Shown piece after piece: positions 19,218-33,124 of a DNA stretch of 63,025 nucleotides. The notes beneath the pieces are model-generated. The model was not told the origin of the DNA, searched no databases, and was given only the letters and a program-made list of their open reading frames with translations. Positions within the stretch are counted from its first letter, which is position 1, and the number at the start of each line of letters is the position of its first letter. Origin of the DNA: Vicinamibacterales bacterium (lineage in GTDB: Bacteria > Acidobacteriota > Vicinamibacteria > Vicinamibacterales > UBA2999); NCBI GenBank assembly GCA_035646375.1, contig DASRPM010000098.1, forward strand, positions 1 to 63,025, written 5' to 3'. The position numbers were made by a program, and so were the translations under genes.

Positions 19218-19697
19218 GTGCAAGAGTGGCAGGGCTCTCCGCGGGCCGCCGGTTGCCGGTTCGCCATCGTCGTGTCCCGCTTCAACCCTGAAATCACCGC
19301 CGGGCTGCTGGCCGGTGCCCGCGACGCCCTCACCGAAGCCGACGTGCGCGACGACGATGTGACGCTCGTTCGCGTTCCCGGCGCCTTCGAGCTGCCGATC
19401 GCGGCGCAGCGCCTGGCCGAAAGCGGTCGCTTCGACGCCGTCATCTGCCTCGGGTGTCTCATCAAGGGCGACACGATGCACTTCGAATACATCGCCGACG
19501 CCGCCACTCGGGGCATCGCCGAGGTTGGCCTCGCCACCGGGGTGCCGGTGACCTTCGGCGTGCTGACGACGCTCACCGACGAGCAGGCCGAGGTGCGGGC
19601 ACGTCCCGACGCCGGCAACAAGGGGCGGGAAGCCGCGGCCGCCGCGGTGGAGATGGCCACGCTGCTGCGCGTGATCGACGGAGGCCCCGCGGCATGA
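19218..19697 (+). CDS. ribH: 6,7-dimethyl-8-ribityllumazine synthase
   Basis: FAIVVSRFN..IT..L..GA...VPGAFELP...DAVICLGCLIKGDT.HFEY. Confidence 0.93.
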   Translation: MQEWQGSPRAAGCRFAIVVSRFNPEITAGLLAGARDALTEADVRDDDVTLVRVPGAFELPIAAQRLAESGRFDAVICLGCLIKGDTMHFEYIADAATRGIAEVGLATGVPVTFGVLTTLTDEQAEVRARPDAGNKGREAAAAAVEMATLLRVIDGGPAA

Positions 19698-20152
19698 ACG
19701 GACGCTCGCCCGGAAAAGCCGCGCCTCCCGTCGCGTCGCGACACCGCGGGCGCGAGGCGGCCATCCAGATGCTCTACCAATGGGAGGTGGGGCGCCTGCC
19801 GCTCGCCGACGTCCGCCGCGTCTGGTCGGAGGTGACGGACGAAGGGGAGCCGCTGTCCGCGGATCTGACGGCCTTCGCCAACACGCTGGCCGAGGGCGTG
19901 GCGGCGCACGTCGAGGAGCTCGATCCGCTGATTTCCGAGGCGGCCGCGCACTGGCGCCTGGAGCGGATGGCCGTCGTCGATCGGCTGGTGATGCGGCTGG
20001 CCGTCTACGAGTTCCTCTACGAGCGCGACACGCCCGCCACCGTCATCATCAACGAAGCCCTGGAGCTGGCGCGCGCCTTCAGCTCCGAAGAGGCCGTGCC
20101 ATTCGTCAACGGCGTGCTCGACGGCATCAGGCGCCGTCTGGAGCGGGCGTGA
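19694..20152 (+). CDS. nusB: transcription antitermination factor NusB
   Basis: REAAIQMLYQWEV...INEALELARAFS..EAVPFVNGVLD. ATGA overlap with the ribH stop. Confidence 0.9.
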   Translation: MNGRSPGKAAPPVASRHRGREAAIQMLYQWEVGRLPLADVRRVWSEVTDEGEPLSADLTAFANTLAEGVAAHVEELDPLISEAAAHWRLERMAVVDRLVMRLAVYEFLYERDTPATVIINEALELARAFSSEEAVPFVNGVLDGIRRRLERA

Positions 20153-21651
20153 GCACCATCCAGGAATCGGATCAGATCGTTCAGCGGCGTGCCAATCTCG
20201 AGGCGCTCAAGCAGCTCGGCGTCGACGTGTATCCCCACCGCTTCGACGCCGAGGCCACCATCGGCGCCATCGTGGCCGCGCACGGATCGGCCACCGGCGA
20301 GGCGCTCGAGGCCACTCACGTTCGCACGCGGGTGGCCGGGCGGATTCTCGGTGTCCGCACCTTCGGCAAGGCCAACTTCCTGGTGCTCTCGGACGGCGTG
20401 TCGCGGCTGCAGGTCTACGTGCGGCAGGATTCGGTGCCCGAGCGCGCGTTCCAGATCTTCAAGCTGCTCGACTTCGGCGACTGGGTGGGCGTCGAGGGAC
20501 GGCTCTTCCGCACCAAGACCAACGAGCTGACGGTCTGGGTGTCGGACCTCACGTTCCTGTCCAAGTGCCTGCTGCCGCTGCCCGAGAAGTTCCATGGCCT
20601 CACCGACATCGAGACGCGCTACCGGCAGCGCTACCTCGACCTGGCCGTCAACCCGGACTCACGGCGGGTGTTCGAGACGCGCTCCAAGGTCATCGGCACC
20701 ATCCGGCAGTTCCTCGTGGCGCGCGGGTTCCTCGAAGTCGAGACGCCGATGATGCAGTCGATTGCCGGCGGCGCGCTGGCGCGGCCGTTCACGACGCACC
20801 ACAACGCGCTCGACATCCCGCTCTACCTGCGCATCGCGCCGGAGCTCTACCTCAAGCGGTTGACCGTCGGCGGCATCGAACGGGTGTTCGAGATCAATCG
20901 TAACTTCCGGAACGAGGGGATTTCGACGCAGCACAACCCAGAGTTCACCATGCTCGAGTTCTACTGGAGCTACGCCGACTATCGCGATCTGATGACGCTG
21001 ACGGAGCAGATGCTCGCCGAGACGGCGCAGGCGGCGCTCGGCGGCCTCGATGCCCCGTTCGGCGATCACGCGATCTCGTTCCAGGCCCCGTTCCGCCGGC
21101 TGTCGCTCCGCGAGGCGGCGGCCTCGGCCGCGTCCGCGCGGCTTGGCGAGACGGTGGACGTGGGCGTGCTGCGCTCGCGCGACAGCGCGGCGGCGCTGGC
21201 GCAGCGGCTGGGCGTGGCCATCGAGCCCGGAATGGGTGCCGGCCGTATCGCGGCGGCGCTCTTCGAGGCGCTCTGCGAGCACGACCTCGTGCAGCCCACC
21301 TTCGTCTACGACTTTCCCACCGAGGTGTCGCCCCTCTCGAAGCAGCGCGCCGACGACCCCGACACCGTGGAGCGGTTCGAGCTGTACATCGGCGGGTTCG
21401 AGGTGGCCAACGCCTTCAGCGAGCTCAACGACCCGGCCGAACAGCGCCGCCGCTTCGAAGAGCAGATCCAGAACCGGGCCGGCGGCGACGACGAGGCGCA
21501 CGCCATGGACGAGGACTACATCCGCGCCCTGGAGTACGGATTGCCGCCCACCGGCGGGGAGGGGATCGGCATCGACCGCCTGGTGATGGTGCTCACCAAC
21601 AGCCCGTCGATTCGCGACGTGATCCTGTTCCCGCTCATGCGTCCACGGTAG
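20149..21651 (+). CDS. lysS: lysine--tRNA ligase (class II)
   Basis: OB-fold N-domain (RVAGRILGVRTFGKANFLVL) and class II motifs (FRNEGIS..HNPEFTMLE; GEGIGIDRLVM). GTGA overlap with the nusB stop. Confidence 0.95.
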   Translation: MSTIQESDQIVQRRANLEALKQLGVDVYPHRFDAEATIGAIVAAHGSATGEALEATHVRTRVAGRILGVRTFGKANFLVLSDGVSRLQVYVRQDSVPERAFQIFKLLDFGDWVGVEGRLFRTKTNELTVWVSDLTFLSKCLLPLPEKFHGLTDIETRYRQRYLDLAVNPDSRRVFETRSKVIGTIRQFLVARGFLEVETPMMQSIAGGALARPFTTHHNALDIPLYLRIAPELYLKRLTVGGIERVFEINRNFRNEGISTQHNPEFTMLEFYWSYADYRDLMTLTEQMLAETAQAALGGLDAPFGDHAISFQAPFRRLSLREAAASAASARLGETVDVGVLRSRDSAAALAQRLGVAIEPGMGAGRIAAALFEALCEHDLVQPTFVYDFPTEVSPLSKQRADDPDTVERFELYIGGFEVANAFSELNDPAEQRRRFEEQIQNRAGGDDEAHAMDEDYIRALEYGLPPTGGEGIGIDRLVMVLTNSPSIRDVILFPLMRPR

Positions 21652-21670
21652 CGCGGCGGCCCACACACCT

Positions 21671-22906
21671 ATGCGGTTCGAGCTCTTCGTCGCGCTCCGC
21701 TACCTGCTCGCGCCGCGCCGCCAGGCGCGCGTCTCGCTGGTGTCGCTGTTCTCGACCATCGGCGTGGCCGTCGGCGTCATGGCGCTCATCATCGCGCTGG
21801 CGCTCATGACCGGCCTGCAGGGCGAGCTGCGCGCGAAGCTGCTCGGCGCCGTCGCCCACGTGTATCTGACTAAGGCGGCTGGTTTCGCCGACTACCGCGC
21901 CGAAGTGGAGAGGCTGCGGCAGATCCCGGGCGTGATCGGCGCCGGGCCCGCCGTGCTCGGCAAGGCGCTCGTGTACAGCAATCGCAGCGAGGCCTTCATC
22001 ACGATCAAGGGGATCGACCCGGTCCTCGAAGTGGACGTCAGCGACATTCGCAGCGCGATGCGCCAGGGACGGGTTGAAGACCTGGCCCCCCGGACGGCCG
22101 AAGACGGCAGCGAGGAGCGGCCCGGCATCCTGCTCGGGCAGGATCTGGCGGGTCAACTCGGCGTGTCGGTGGGTGAGACCGTGACGCTTCTGACCCCGCA
22201 AGGGACGCTGTCGCCGCTCGGCGTCGTCCCCCGCTCGCGGATCGTGCGCGTCGCCGGCATCTACTCGCTGGGGCTGCTGGAGTTCGACTCGCAGTACGGT
22301 CTCGTCTCGCTCGATTTCGGCGAGCGGCTGATGTCGCGGGCGGAGCCCGACCTCATTCAGATCCGCGTGCAGGATCTCTACGAGGCGCCGGCCATCGCGA
22401 AGCAGATCGAGACCGCGCTCGGGGCCGGCTACATGGCGCGCGACTGGGCCTCGATGAACCAGTCGCTCTTTTCGGCGCTGTGGCTCGAGAAGATCGGCAT
22501 CTCCATCGCGGTGGCGCTCATCGTGATCGTCGGCGCGCTCAACATCATTTCGTCGCTCATCCTGATGGTGATGCAGAAGAGCCGTGACATCGCCATCCTC
22601 AAGACGATGGGCGCCCCGGCGCGCAGCGTCATGGCGATCTTCATCGCGCAGGGGACGGCGATTGGCGTCGTCGGAACCGCGATCGGCAGCGTCGGCGGCC
22701 TGGTGGTGTGCTGGCTGCTCGACCACTACAAGGTGGTGCACATCCCGATCGACGTCTATCAGGTGGCCTACGTACCGTTCGTCGTGCTGTGGCAGGACTT
22801 CGCGATCGTCGTGGTGTCGGCCGTGGCCATCTGCTTCCTGTCCACGATCTACCCGTCGCGGCAGGCCGCGCGGCTCGATCCCGTGCAGGCGCTGCGGTTC
22901 GAGTGA
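21671..22906 (+). CDS. lipoprotein-releasing system permease LolC/LolE (FtsX-like)
   Basis: MRFELFVALRYL...SLVS..S.IGVA.GV.ALI; MacB-like periplasmic domain and a C-terminal FtsX domain. Confidence 0.88.
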   Translation: MRFELFVALRYLLAPRRQARVSLVSLFSTIGVAVGVMALIIALALMTGLQGELRAKLLGAVAHVYLTKAAGFADYRAEVERLRQIPGVIGAGPAVLGKALVYSNRSEAFITIKGIDPVLEVDVSDIRSAMRQGRVEDLAPRTAEDGSEERPGILLGQDLAGQLGVSVGETVTLLTPQGTLSPLGVVPRSRIVRVAGIYSLGLLEFDSQYGLVSLDFGERLMSRAEPDLIQIRVQDLYEAPAIAKQIETALGAGYMARDWASMNQSLFSALWLEKIGISIAVALIVIVGALNIISSLILMVMQKSRDIAILKTMGAPARSVMAIFIAQGTAIGVVGTAIGSVGGLVVCWLLDHYKVVHIPIDVYQVAYVPFVVLWQDFAIVVVSAVAICFLSTIYPSRQAARLDPVQALRFE

Positions 22907-22911
22907 ATCCG

Positions 22912-23586
<675 letters not shown>

Positions 23587-23615
23587 GCGAGTGAGGCGGG
23601 TAGGGCGGGTGGGGA

Positions 23616-24101
23616 TTACGGGGTCCGCCGGGCCGGGTCGGCTTCCGGCTCCGGTGCGGCCGGCGTTTCGGCCGTGGCGCCGTCCTGGCTGCCGTGGCGC
23701 GCGAGCACCGTGAGCAGGGCGTCCACCGAGACCGGCTTGGGGATGAATCCGAGCACCCGCAGACCATGGGTGCGCGCCACGCTTTCCATCTCGCGCTGCG
23801 TGTCCTCGTCGGCGCCGCTCGAGATCACGATCGACGGGTTGTAGCCTGCGTCGCTGACCTGCTTGAGGAACTCGATGCCGTCCATCTCTGGCATCAGCAG
23901 ATCGCAGACCACGACGTCGATCGGGTGCTGTTCCTCGCGGAACGCCTCGAGCGCCGAACGGCCGTTGGTCGCCCAGAACAGCGGACCGATACCCACCCGG
24001 CTGAGCAGGCGAGCGAGGAACTGCCGCTGCAGATCGTCGTCGTCGACGACGAGCACGCTCAACGACCCGCTCTCAAGGCCGCCGTCAGTCCGTCTGTCCA
24101 C
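23616..24101 (-). CDS. stand-alone response-regulator receiver (REC) protein
   Basis: LVVDDDD...VVVCDLLMPEMDG...IPKP. No output domain; short P/A/E-rich C-tail. Confidence 0.88.
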   Translation of the reverse strand: MDRRTDGGLESGSLSVLVVDDDDLQRQFLARLLSRVGIGPLFWATNGRSALEAFREEQHPIDVVVCDLLMPEMDGIEFLKQVSDAGYNPSIVISSGADEDTQREMESVARTHGLRVLGFIPKPVSVDALLTVLARHGSQDGATAETPAAPEPEADPARRTP

Positions 24102-24211
24102 GCAGTCCTCTTTACCGGTAGAGCGCTGCCACGCCCCGCGCGCGGCTCAAAAAGAGATTAGACCACAGCACGAGAGCCCCCGGGAGCCCGAACCGGCTAA
24201 CCGTAGATTTC

Positions 24212-28657
<4,446 letters not shown>

Positions 28658-28666
28658 GTTTCCTCT

Positions 28667-28695
28667 GCGCGACCCGCCCAGAACGCGGGTCGCGC
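28667..28695 (-). terminator. 11-bp GC hairpin between the reductase gene and the kinase gene
   Basis: GCGCGACCCGC-ccagaac-GCGGGTCGCGC is a perfect inverted repeat. A second 7-bp hairpin lies at 28710-28728. There is no clear U-tract. Confidence 0.35.
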
Positions 28696-28745
28696 GACAG
28701 TGTCTGGCAAACCGGCTTAACGCCGGTTCGCGATTTGGTCGCGCG

Positions 28746-29633
28746 CTACTGTACGCCGGCGATGTCGAACACGGTCTTGGCCATGATCGAGTTGTCGTCT
28801 TCGCCCCGGCCGGCCGCCATCGTGGCGTGCAGGAGCTGCTGCACGATGGCCGTGACCGGTGCGGCGCAGTCGTGCTCGGCGAGCGTCGAGACCACGTTGC
28901 GCATGTCCTTGGCGAACAGGTGGGTCTTGAAACCGGGCTTGAAGGTGCTCTTCAGCGCGCGCTCGCCGTGCACTTCGAGCACGCGGCTCTGGGCGAACCC
29001 GCCGAGCAGCGCGTCGCGTACCTTCCCGGCGTCGACGCCGGACTTCTTGGCGAGGGCCAGCGCTTCGGCCGCCACCGCCAGCGTGCCGCCGATCACCATC
29101 TGGTTACAGAGCTTGCACAGCTGACCGGCTCCAGGACCTCCGATGTGAATCACCTTTTCCGGGTTGCCCATCACCTCGAAGAGCGGCCGCGCGGCGGCAA
29201 AGGCCGCCGCGTCGCCCCCGACCATGATCGAGAGCGTGCCGTTGATGGCGCCGATGTCGCCGCCGCTCACGGGTGCGTCGAGCATGGCCGCGCCGAGCGA
29301 CGCGGCCTTCTCGGCGAGCCGCCGCGCCACGCCGGGCGCGATGCTGCTCATGTCGATGACGATGGTGCCCGGCTGCAGCGCGCGGAAGACGCCGTCCGGG
29401 CCGTCGAGCACGCGCTCGACGTCGGGGGAGTCCGGGACCATCGTGATGACCCGGGTGGCCTGCCGCGCGACGTCGGCGGGGGAGGTCCCGCGGCGTGCCC
29501 CGGCGGCCACGAGCTCCTCGACCGGCCCCTGACCCCGGCTGTGGACGACGACGGGGTAGCCGGCCTTCAACAGGTTGGCGGCCATGGGTTTTCCCATCAG
29601 CCCGAGGCCGATGAATCCGATGGTTTCTGGCAT
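28746..29633 (-). CDS. NAD(P)-dependent 3-hydroxyisobutyrate / tartronate-semialdehyde reductase family oxidoreductase
   Basis: Start moved to ATG 29633: MPETIGFIGLGLMGKPMAANL (GxGxxG) ...DAPVSGG...; HIBADH/GarR family. Confidence 0.88.
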   Translation of the reverse strand: MPETIGFIGLGLMGKPMAANLLKAGYPVVVHSRGQGPVEELVAAGARRGTSPADVARQATRVITMVPDSPDVERVLDGPDGVFRALQPGTIVIDMSSIAPGVARRLAEKAASLGAAMLDAPVSGGDIGAINGTLSIMVGGDAAAFAAARPLFEVMGNPEKVIHIGGPGAGQLCKLCNQMVIGGTLAVAAEALALAKKSGVDAGKVRDALLGGFAQSRVLEVHGERALKSTFKPGFKTHLFAKDMRNVVSTLAEHDCAAPVTAIVQQLLHATMAAGRGEDDNSIMAKTVFDIAGVQ

Positions 29634-29662
29634 GTGTCGCAGTATAGTCACGCCGAGGTCGG

Positions 29663-30400
29663 ATGTTCGAACGCTACACCGAGAGAGCCCGCCGGGTGCT
29701 CTTTTTCGCCCGCTACGAAGCCTCCCAGCTAGGGAGCGTCTCGATCGGGTCCGAACATCTCCTCCTCGGCATCCTGCGTGACGGCGGAGTCCACGCCCGG
29801 GCGTTCGCCGGAGCGGCCCTCGACTACGTGGCGGTGCGACAGGAGCTTGCCGACGCCGTCGCCGGGAACGCCAAGATCGCAACCTCGGTCGAGATGCCGT
29901 TTGCCGCCGCCGCGAAGGCGGCCCTCGAAGCCGCGGCACAGGAAGCCGACCGGCTCAAGGACCCGTATATCGGGACCGAGCACCTGCTGCTGGCGCTGCT
30001 CCACGAGTCCGGGACGGTGGTCGCCGGCATCCTGAGCCGGGCCGGTCTGCGCCTCGAGATGGCGCGCGACGCCGTGGACCTGCTCGCCAGTCCTGGTGGC
30101 CGCCAGCGGCACGTCGTGCTCGTCCAGGTCACCATCCGCCGCGCGATGCAGGACGAGTTCTCGGCGGCGCTGCTGCACAACGCCCGCGAGTCGGTGCGGC
30201 ACGACCCTGGCTGTCTCCGTTTCGACGTCAGTCAGGACAAAGAACACCCCGAAAACTGGGTCCTGTACGAGGTCTACGACAGTCCCGAAGCCCACGCCCT
30301 CCACCGGCAGTCGCCGCACTTCCTTGCCTACGACGCCGTCGCGGCACGCGCCGTCGTGGAAAAGACGGTCTCCAAATACGCGGGCTGGCACATTAGCTAG
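29663..30400 (+). CDS. Clp N-terminal repeat domain fused to an ABM (antibiotic-biosynthesis-monooxygenase-like) domain
   Basis: aa 1-~145 are paralogous to the ClpC N-domain downstream; the first 25 aa are identical ([25 protein letters not shown]). aa ~150-245 (VVLVQVTIRRAMQDEFSAALLHNARESVRHDPGCLRFDVSQDKEHPENWVLYEVYDSPEAHALHRQSPHF) are ABM/YgiN-like. Confidence 0.85.
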   Translation: MFERYTERARRVLFFARYEASQLGSVSIGSEHLLLGILRDGGVHARAFAGAALDYVAVRQELADAVAGNAKIATSVEMPFAAAAKAALEAAAQEADRLKDPYIGTEHLLLALLHESGTVVAGILSRAGLRLEMARDAVDLLASPGGRQRHVVLVQVTIRRAMQDEFSAALLHNARESVRHDPGCLRFDVSQDKEHPENWVLYEVYDSPEAHALHRQSPHFLAYDAVAARAVVEKTVSKYAGWHIS

Positions 30401-30470
30401 CCGGGCGTCCCCCGGGTGGGGCATCCACCGAAACCTAACGAGCGTCAGGACTTAAACGCGGAGAGACGAT

Positions 30471-30499
30471 TGGCGGACCGCCGGGTTTGCCCTATAATG
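30471..30499 (+). promoter_or_regulatory. candidate sigma70-type promoter of clpC
   Basis: TTGGCG (30471-30476), a 17-nt spacer, and a perfect TATAAT (30494-30499), 48 nt upstream of the clpC ATG. A perfect TATAAT is conspicuous in this GC-rich DNA. Confidence 0.5.
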
Positions 30500-30546
30500 A
30501 CCACCAGAGGTTCAACGTTGCCATCCCTAACCTCTAGGCAGGCCTG

Positions 30547-32982
30547 ATGTTCGAAAGGTACACGGAACGCGCGCGCAGGGTGCTGTTTTTCGCTCGTTAC
30601 GAGGCCAGCCAGCTTGGCAGCATGTCGATCGAAACCGAGCACCTCCTGCTCGGTCTGATCCGCGAAGGCAAGGGTCTGACGAGCCGGATCTTCGCCCGCT
30701 CGCACCTCTCCCTGGAAAACATCCGAAAAGAGATCGAAGGCCGGACCGTGTTCCGGGAAAAAGTCTCCACTTCCGTGGAGATGCCGCTCAGCGCCGAGAC
30801 CAAGCGCGTGCTCCAGTGCGCCGCGGAAGAGGCCGACCGCCTGCTCCACAACTACATCGGTACCGAGCACGTGCTGCTCGGCATCCTGCGCGAGGAGCGC
30901 TCCGTCGCGGCGTCGATCCTGATGGAGAAGGGGATGCGCCTGCACACCGTGCGGGAAGACATCGTCCAGCTCCTGAACGAGAAGACCACGTTGTCGCGCG
31001 GCAAGGAAACGCCGCTGCTCGCCGAGTTCAGCCGCGACCTCACCGAGGCCGCGATGAAGAACTCGCTCGATCCGCTCGTGGGCCGCAGCTATGAGATCGA
31101 GCGCGTGCAGCAGGTGCTGTGCCGCCGCACCAAGAACAACGCGGTGCTGATCGGCGAGCCCGGCGTGGGCAAGACGGCCATCGTCGAAGGGCTGGCGCAG
31201 AAAGTAGTGTACGGCGACGTGCCGCACTTCCTCGCCGACAAGCGCATCCTGGCGCTCGACATCTCGCTCATCGTGGCGGGCACCAAGTATCGCGGTCAGT
31301 TCGAGGAGCGCCTCAAGGCGATCATGAAGGAGCTGACCGAGAACCCGAACATCATCGTGTTCATCGACGAGCTCCACACGCTGGTGGGCGCGGGTTCGGC
31401 CGAAGGCTCGCTCGACGCGGCCAATATCCTCAAGCCGGCGCTCTCGCGCGGCGAGATCCGCTGCATCGGCGCCACGACGCCGGCGGAGTATCGCAAGTAC
31501 ATCGAGAAGGACCGCTCGCTCGAGCGCCGCTTCCAGGCGATCAAGGTCGATCCGCCGGCGGAGAAGGAAGCCGTCGAGATCCTGCTCGGCGTGAAGGATC
31601 GCTACGAGCAGTTCCACCACGTCGAGTACACGCGCGAGGCCATCGAAGCCTCGGTCTACCAGTCGAGCCGCTACATCACGGACCGGTTCCTGCCCGACAA
31701 GGCGATCGACCTGCTCGACGAGGCCGGCGCGCGGGCCAAGCTGAAGGAAGCCGGCTACAGCGAGGAGTTCGGCGAGATCAACAAGAGCATCCGCGTGGCG
31801 GTGGAGCGGATGGAGCAGGCGGTCTCGCAGAAGGACTTCGAGACGGCGCAGAAGGCTCGGGAAGAGGAGCTCTCCGCACGCGAGAACCTGGCCTTCGTGC
31901 GCGAGCGCTTCGACGTGAAGTCGAGCGCCCGCAAGGTGGTCGTCGGCCGTCAGGACATCGACGAAGTGGTGTCGAAGTGGACGGGCGTCCCGATCACGTC
32001 GATCAACCAGGACGAAGGCGACAAGCTGCTGCGCATGGAGTCGGACCTCCACAAGCGCGTGATCAGCCAGGAGAAGGCAATCTCCGCGGTGTCGCGCGCC
32101 ATCCGCCGCTCGCGCGCCGGCCTCAAGAACCCGAGCCGCCCGGTGGGCAGCTTCATCTTCCTGGGCCCGACCGGCGTCGGCAAGACGGAGCTGGCGCGGG
32201 CGCTCGCCAACTTCCTGTTCGGCAGCGACCACGCGCTCATCCGCTTCGACATGTCCGAGTACATGGAAAAGCATTCGGTGTCGAAGCTGATCGGCTCGCC
32301 GCCCGGCTACGTGGGCCACGAGGAAGGCGGCCAGCTCACCGAGAAGGTGAAGCGCAGCCCCTACTCGGTGGTGCTGCTCGACGAGATCGAGAAGGCGCAC
32401 CCGGACATCTTCAACATCCTGCTGCAGGTGTTCGAGGACGGCCATCTCACCGACGGCCTGGGGAATCGTGTGAACTTCAAGAACACGATCATCATCATGA
32501 CGTCGAACATCGGCGCCCGCTTCATCCAGAAGAAGGCGTCGCTCGGGTTCCAGGGCAGCGACGTGGGCGCGATCGAGAAGAACGTGAGCGAGATGGTGCT
32601 CGGCGAGGTGAAGCGCACCTTCAACCCCGAGTTCATCAACCGCGTGGACGAGATCATCGTGTTCGAGGCGCTCACCGATGACGACCTGCGCACGATCACG
32701 GGGCTCCTGGTCGATCAGCTCAACGCCAACCTGGCGGACCGCCGCATGAAGATCAAAGTGGCGCCGGAGGTCATCGACTGGATCATCGACATCACGTGCA
32801 AGGACCGGTCGTACGGCGCCCGGCCGCTGCGCCGCGCGATCCAGCGCTACGTCGAGGATCCGCTGTCGGAAGAGCTCATTCGCGGTCACCTGCGCGACGG
32901 CGAGGTCGAGGTGTACCTCGAAGGGGGGCAGATTGCCTACCGCCCGGCTGGAGAGCTCACCGGCGGCCGTCAGCTGGTGTAA
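30547..32982 (+). CDS. clpC: ATP-dependent Clp protease ATP-binding subunit ClpC (class I AAA+)
   Basis: Clp_N repeats, two AAA+ modules (GEPGVGKTA; GPTGVGKTE), a UVR-like linker ([11 protein letters not shown]), and a ClpB_D2-small C-terminus. Confidence 0.95.
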   Translation: MFERYTERARRVLFFARYEASQLGSMSIETEHLLLGLIREGKGLTSRIFARSHLSLENIRKEIEGRTVFREKVSTSVEMPLSAETKRVLQCAAEEADRLLHNYIGTEHVLLGILREERSVAASILMEKGMRLHTVREDIVQLLNEKTTLSRGKETPLLAEFSRDLTEAAMKNSLDPLVGRSYEIERVQQVLCRRTKNNAVLIGEPGVGKTAIVEGLAQKVVYGDVPHFLADKRILALDISLIVAGTKYRGQFEERLKAIMKELTENPNIIVFIDELHTLVGAGSAEGSLDAANILKPALSRGEIRCIGATTPAEYRKYIEKDRSLERRFQAIKVDPPAEKEAVEILLGVKDRYEQFHHVEYTREAIEASVYQSSRYITDRFLPDKAIDLLDEAGARAKLKEAGYSEEFGEINKSIRVAVERMEQAVSQKDFETAQKAREEELSARENLAFVRERFDVKSSARKVVVGRQDIDEVVSKWTGVPITSINQDEGDKLLRMESDLHKRVISQEKAISAVSRAIRRSRAGLKNPSRPVGSFIFLGPTGVGKTELARALANFLFGSDHALIRFDMSEYMEKHSVSKLIGSPPGYVGHEEGGQLTEKVKRSPYSVVLLDEIEKAHPDIFNILLQVFEDGHLTDGLGNRVNFKNTIIIMTSNIGARFIQKKASLGFQGSDVGAIEKNVSEMVLGEVKRTFNPEFINRVDEIIVFEALTDDDLRTITGLLVDQLNANLADRRMKIKVAPEVIDWIIDITCKDRSYGARPLRRAIQRYVEDPLSEELIRGHLRDGEVEVYLEGGQIAYRPAGELTGGRQLV

Positions 32983-32992
32983 ACGCCTGCTC

Positions 32993-33015
32993 GCCCGGCC
33001 GTTTCCCGGCCGGGC
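32993..33015 (+). terminator. GC-rich hairpin after clpC
   Basis: GCCCGGCCG-tttcc-CGGCCGGGC (9-bp perfect stem), 11 nt after the stop. A second hairpin, CCGGCCC-ggcttt-GGGCCGG, lies at 33037-33056. Confidence 0.5.
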
Positions 33016-33124
33016 TCGTCCTACTTCCAGTGCGAACCGGCCCGGCTTTGGGCCGGCGTCCCGAAGCGCCGCCTGATTCGGTAGACTCTTTCTGTTTGGA
33101 ATTCGCGGGAGTTCGTGGGGTTTG

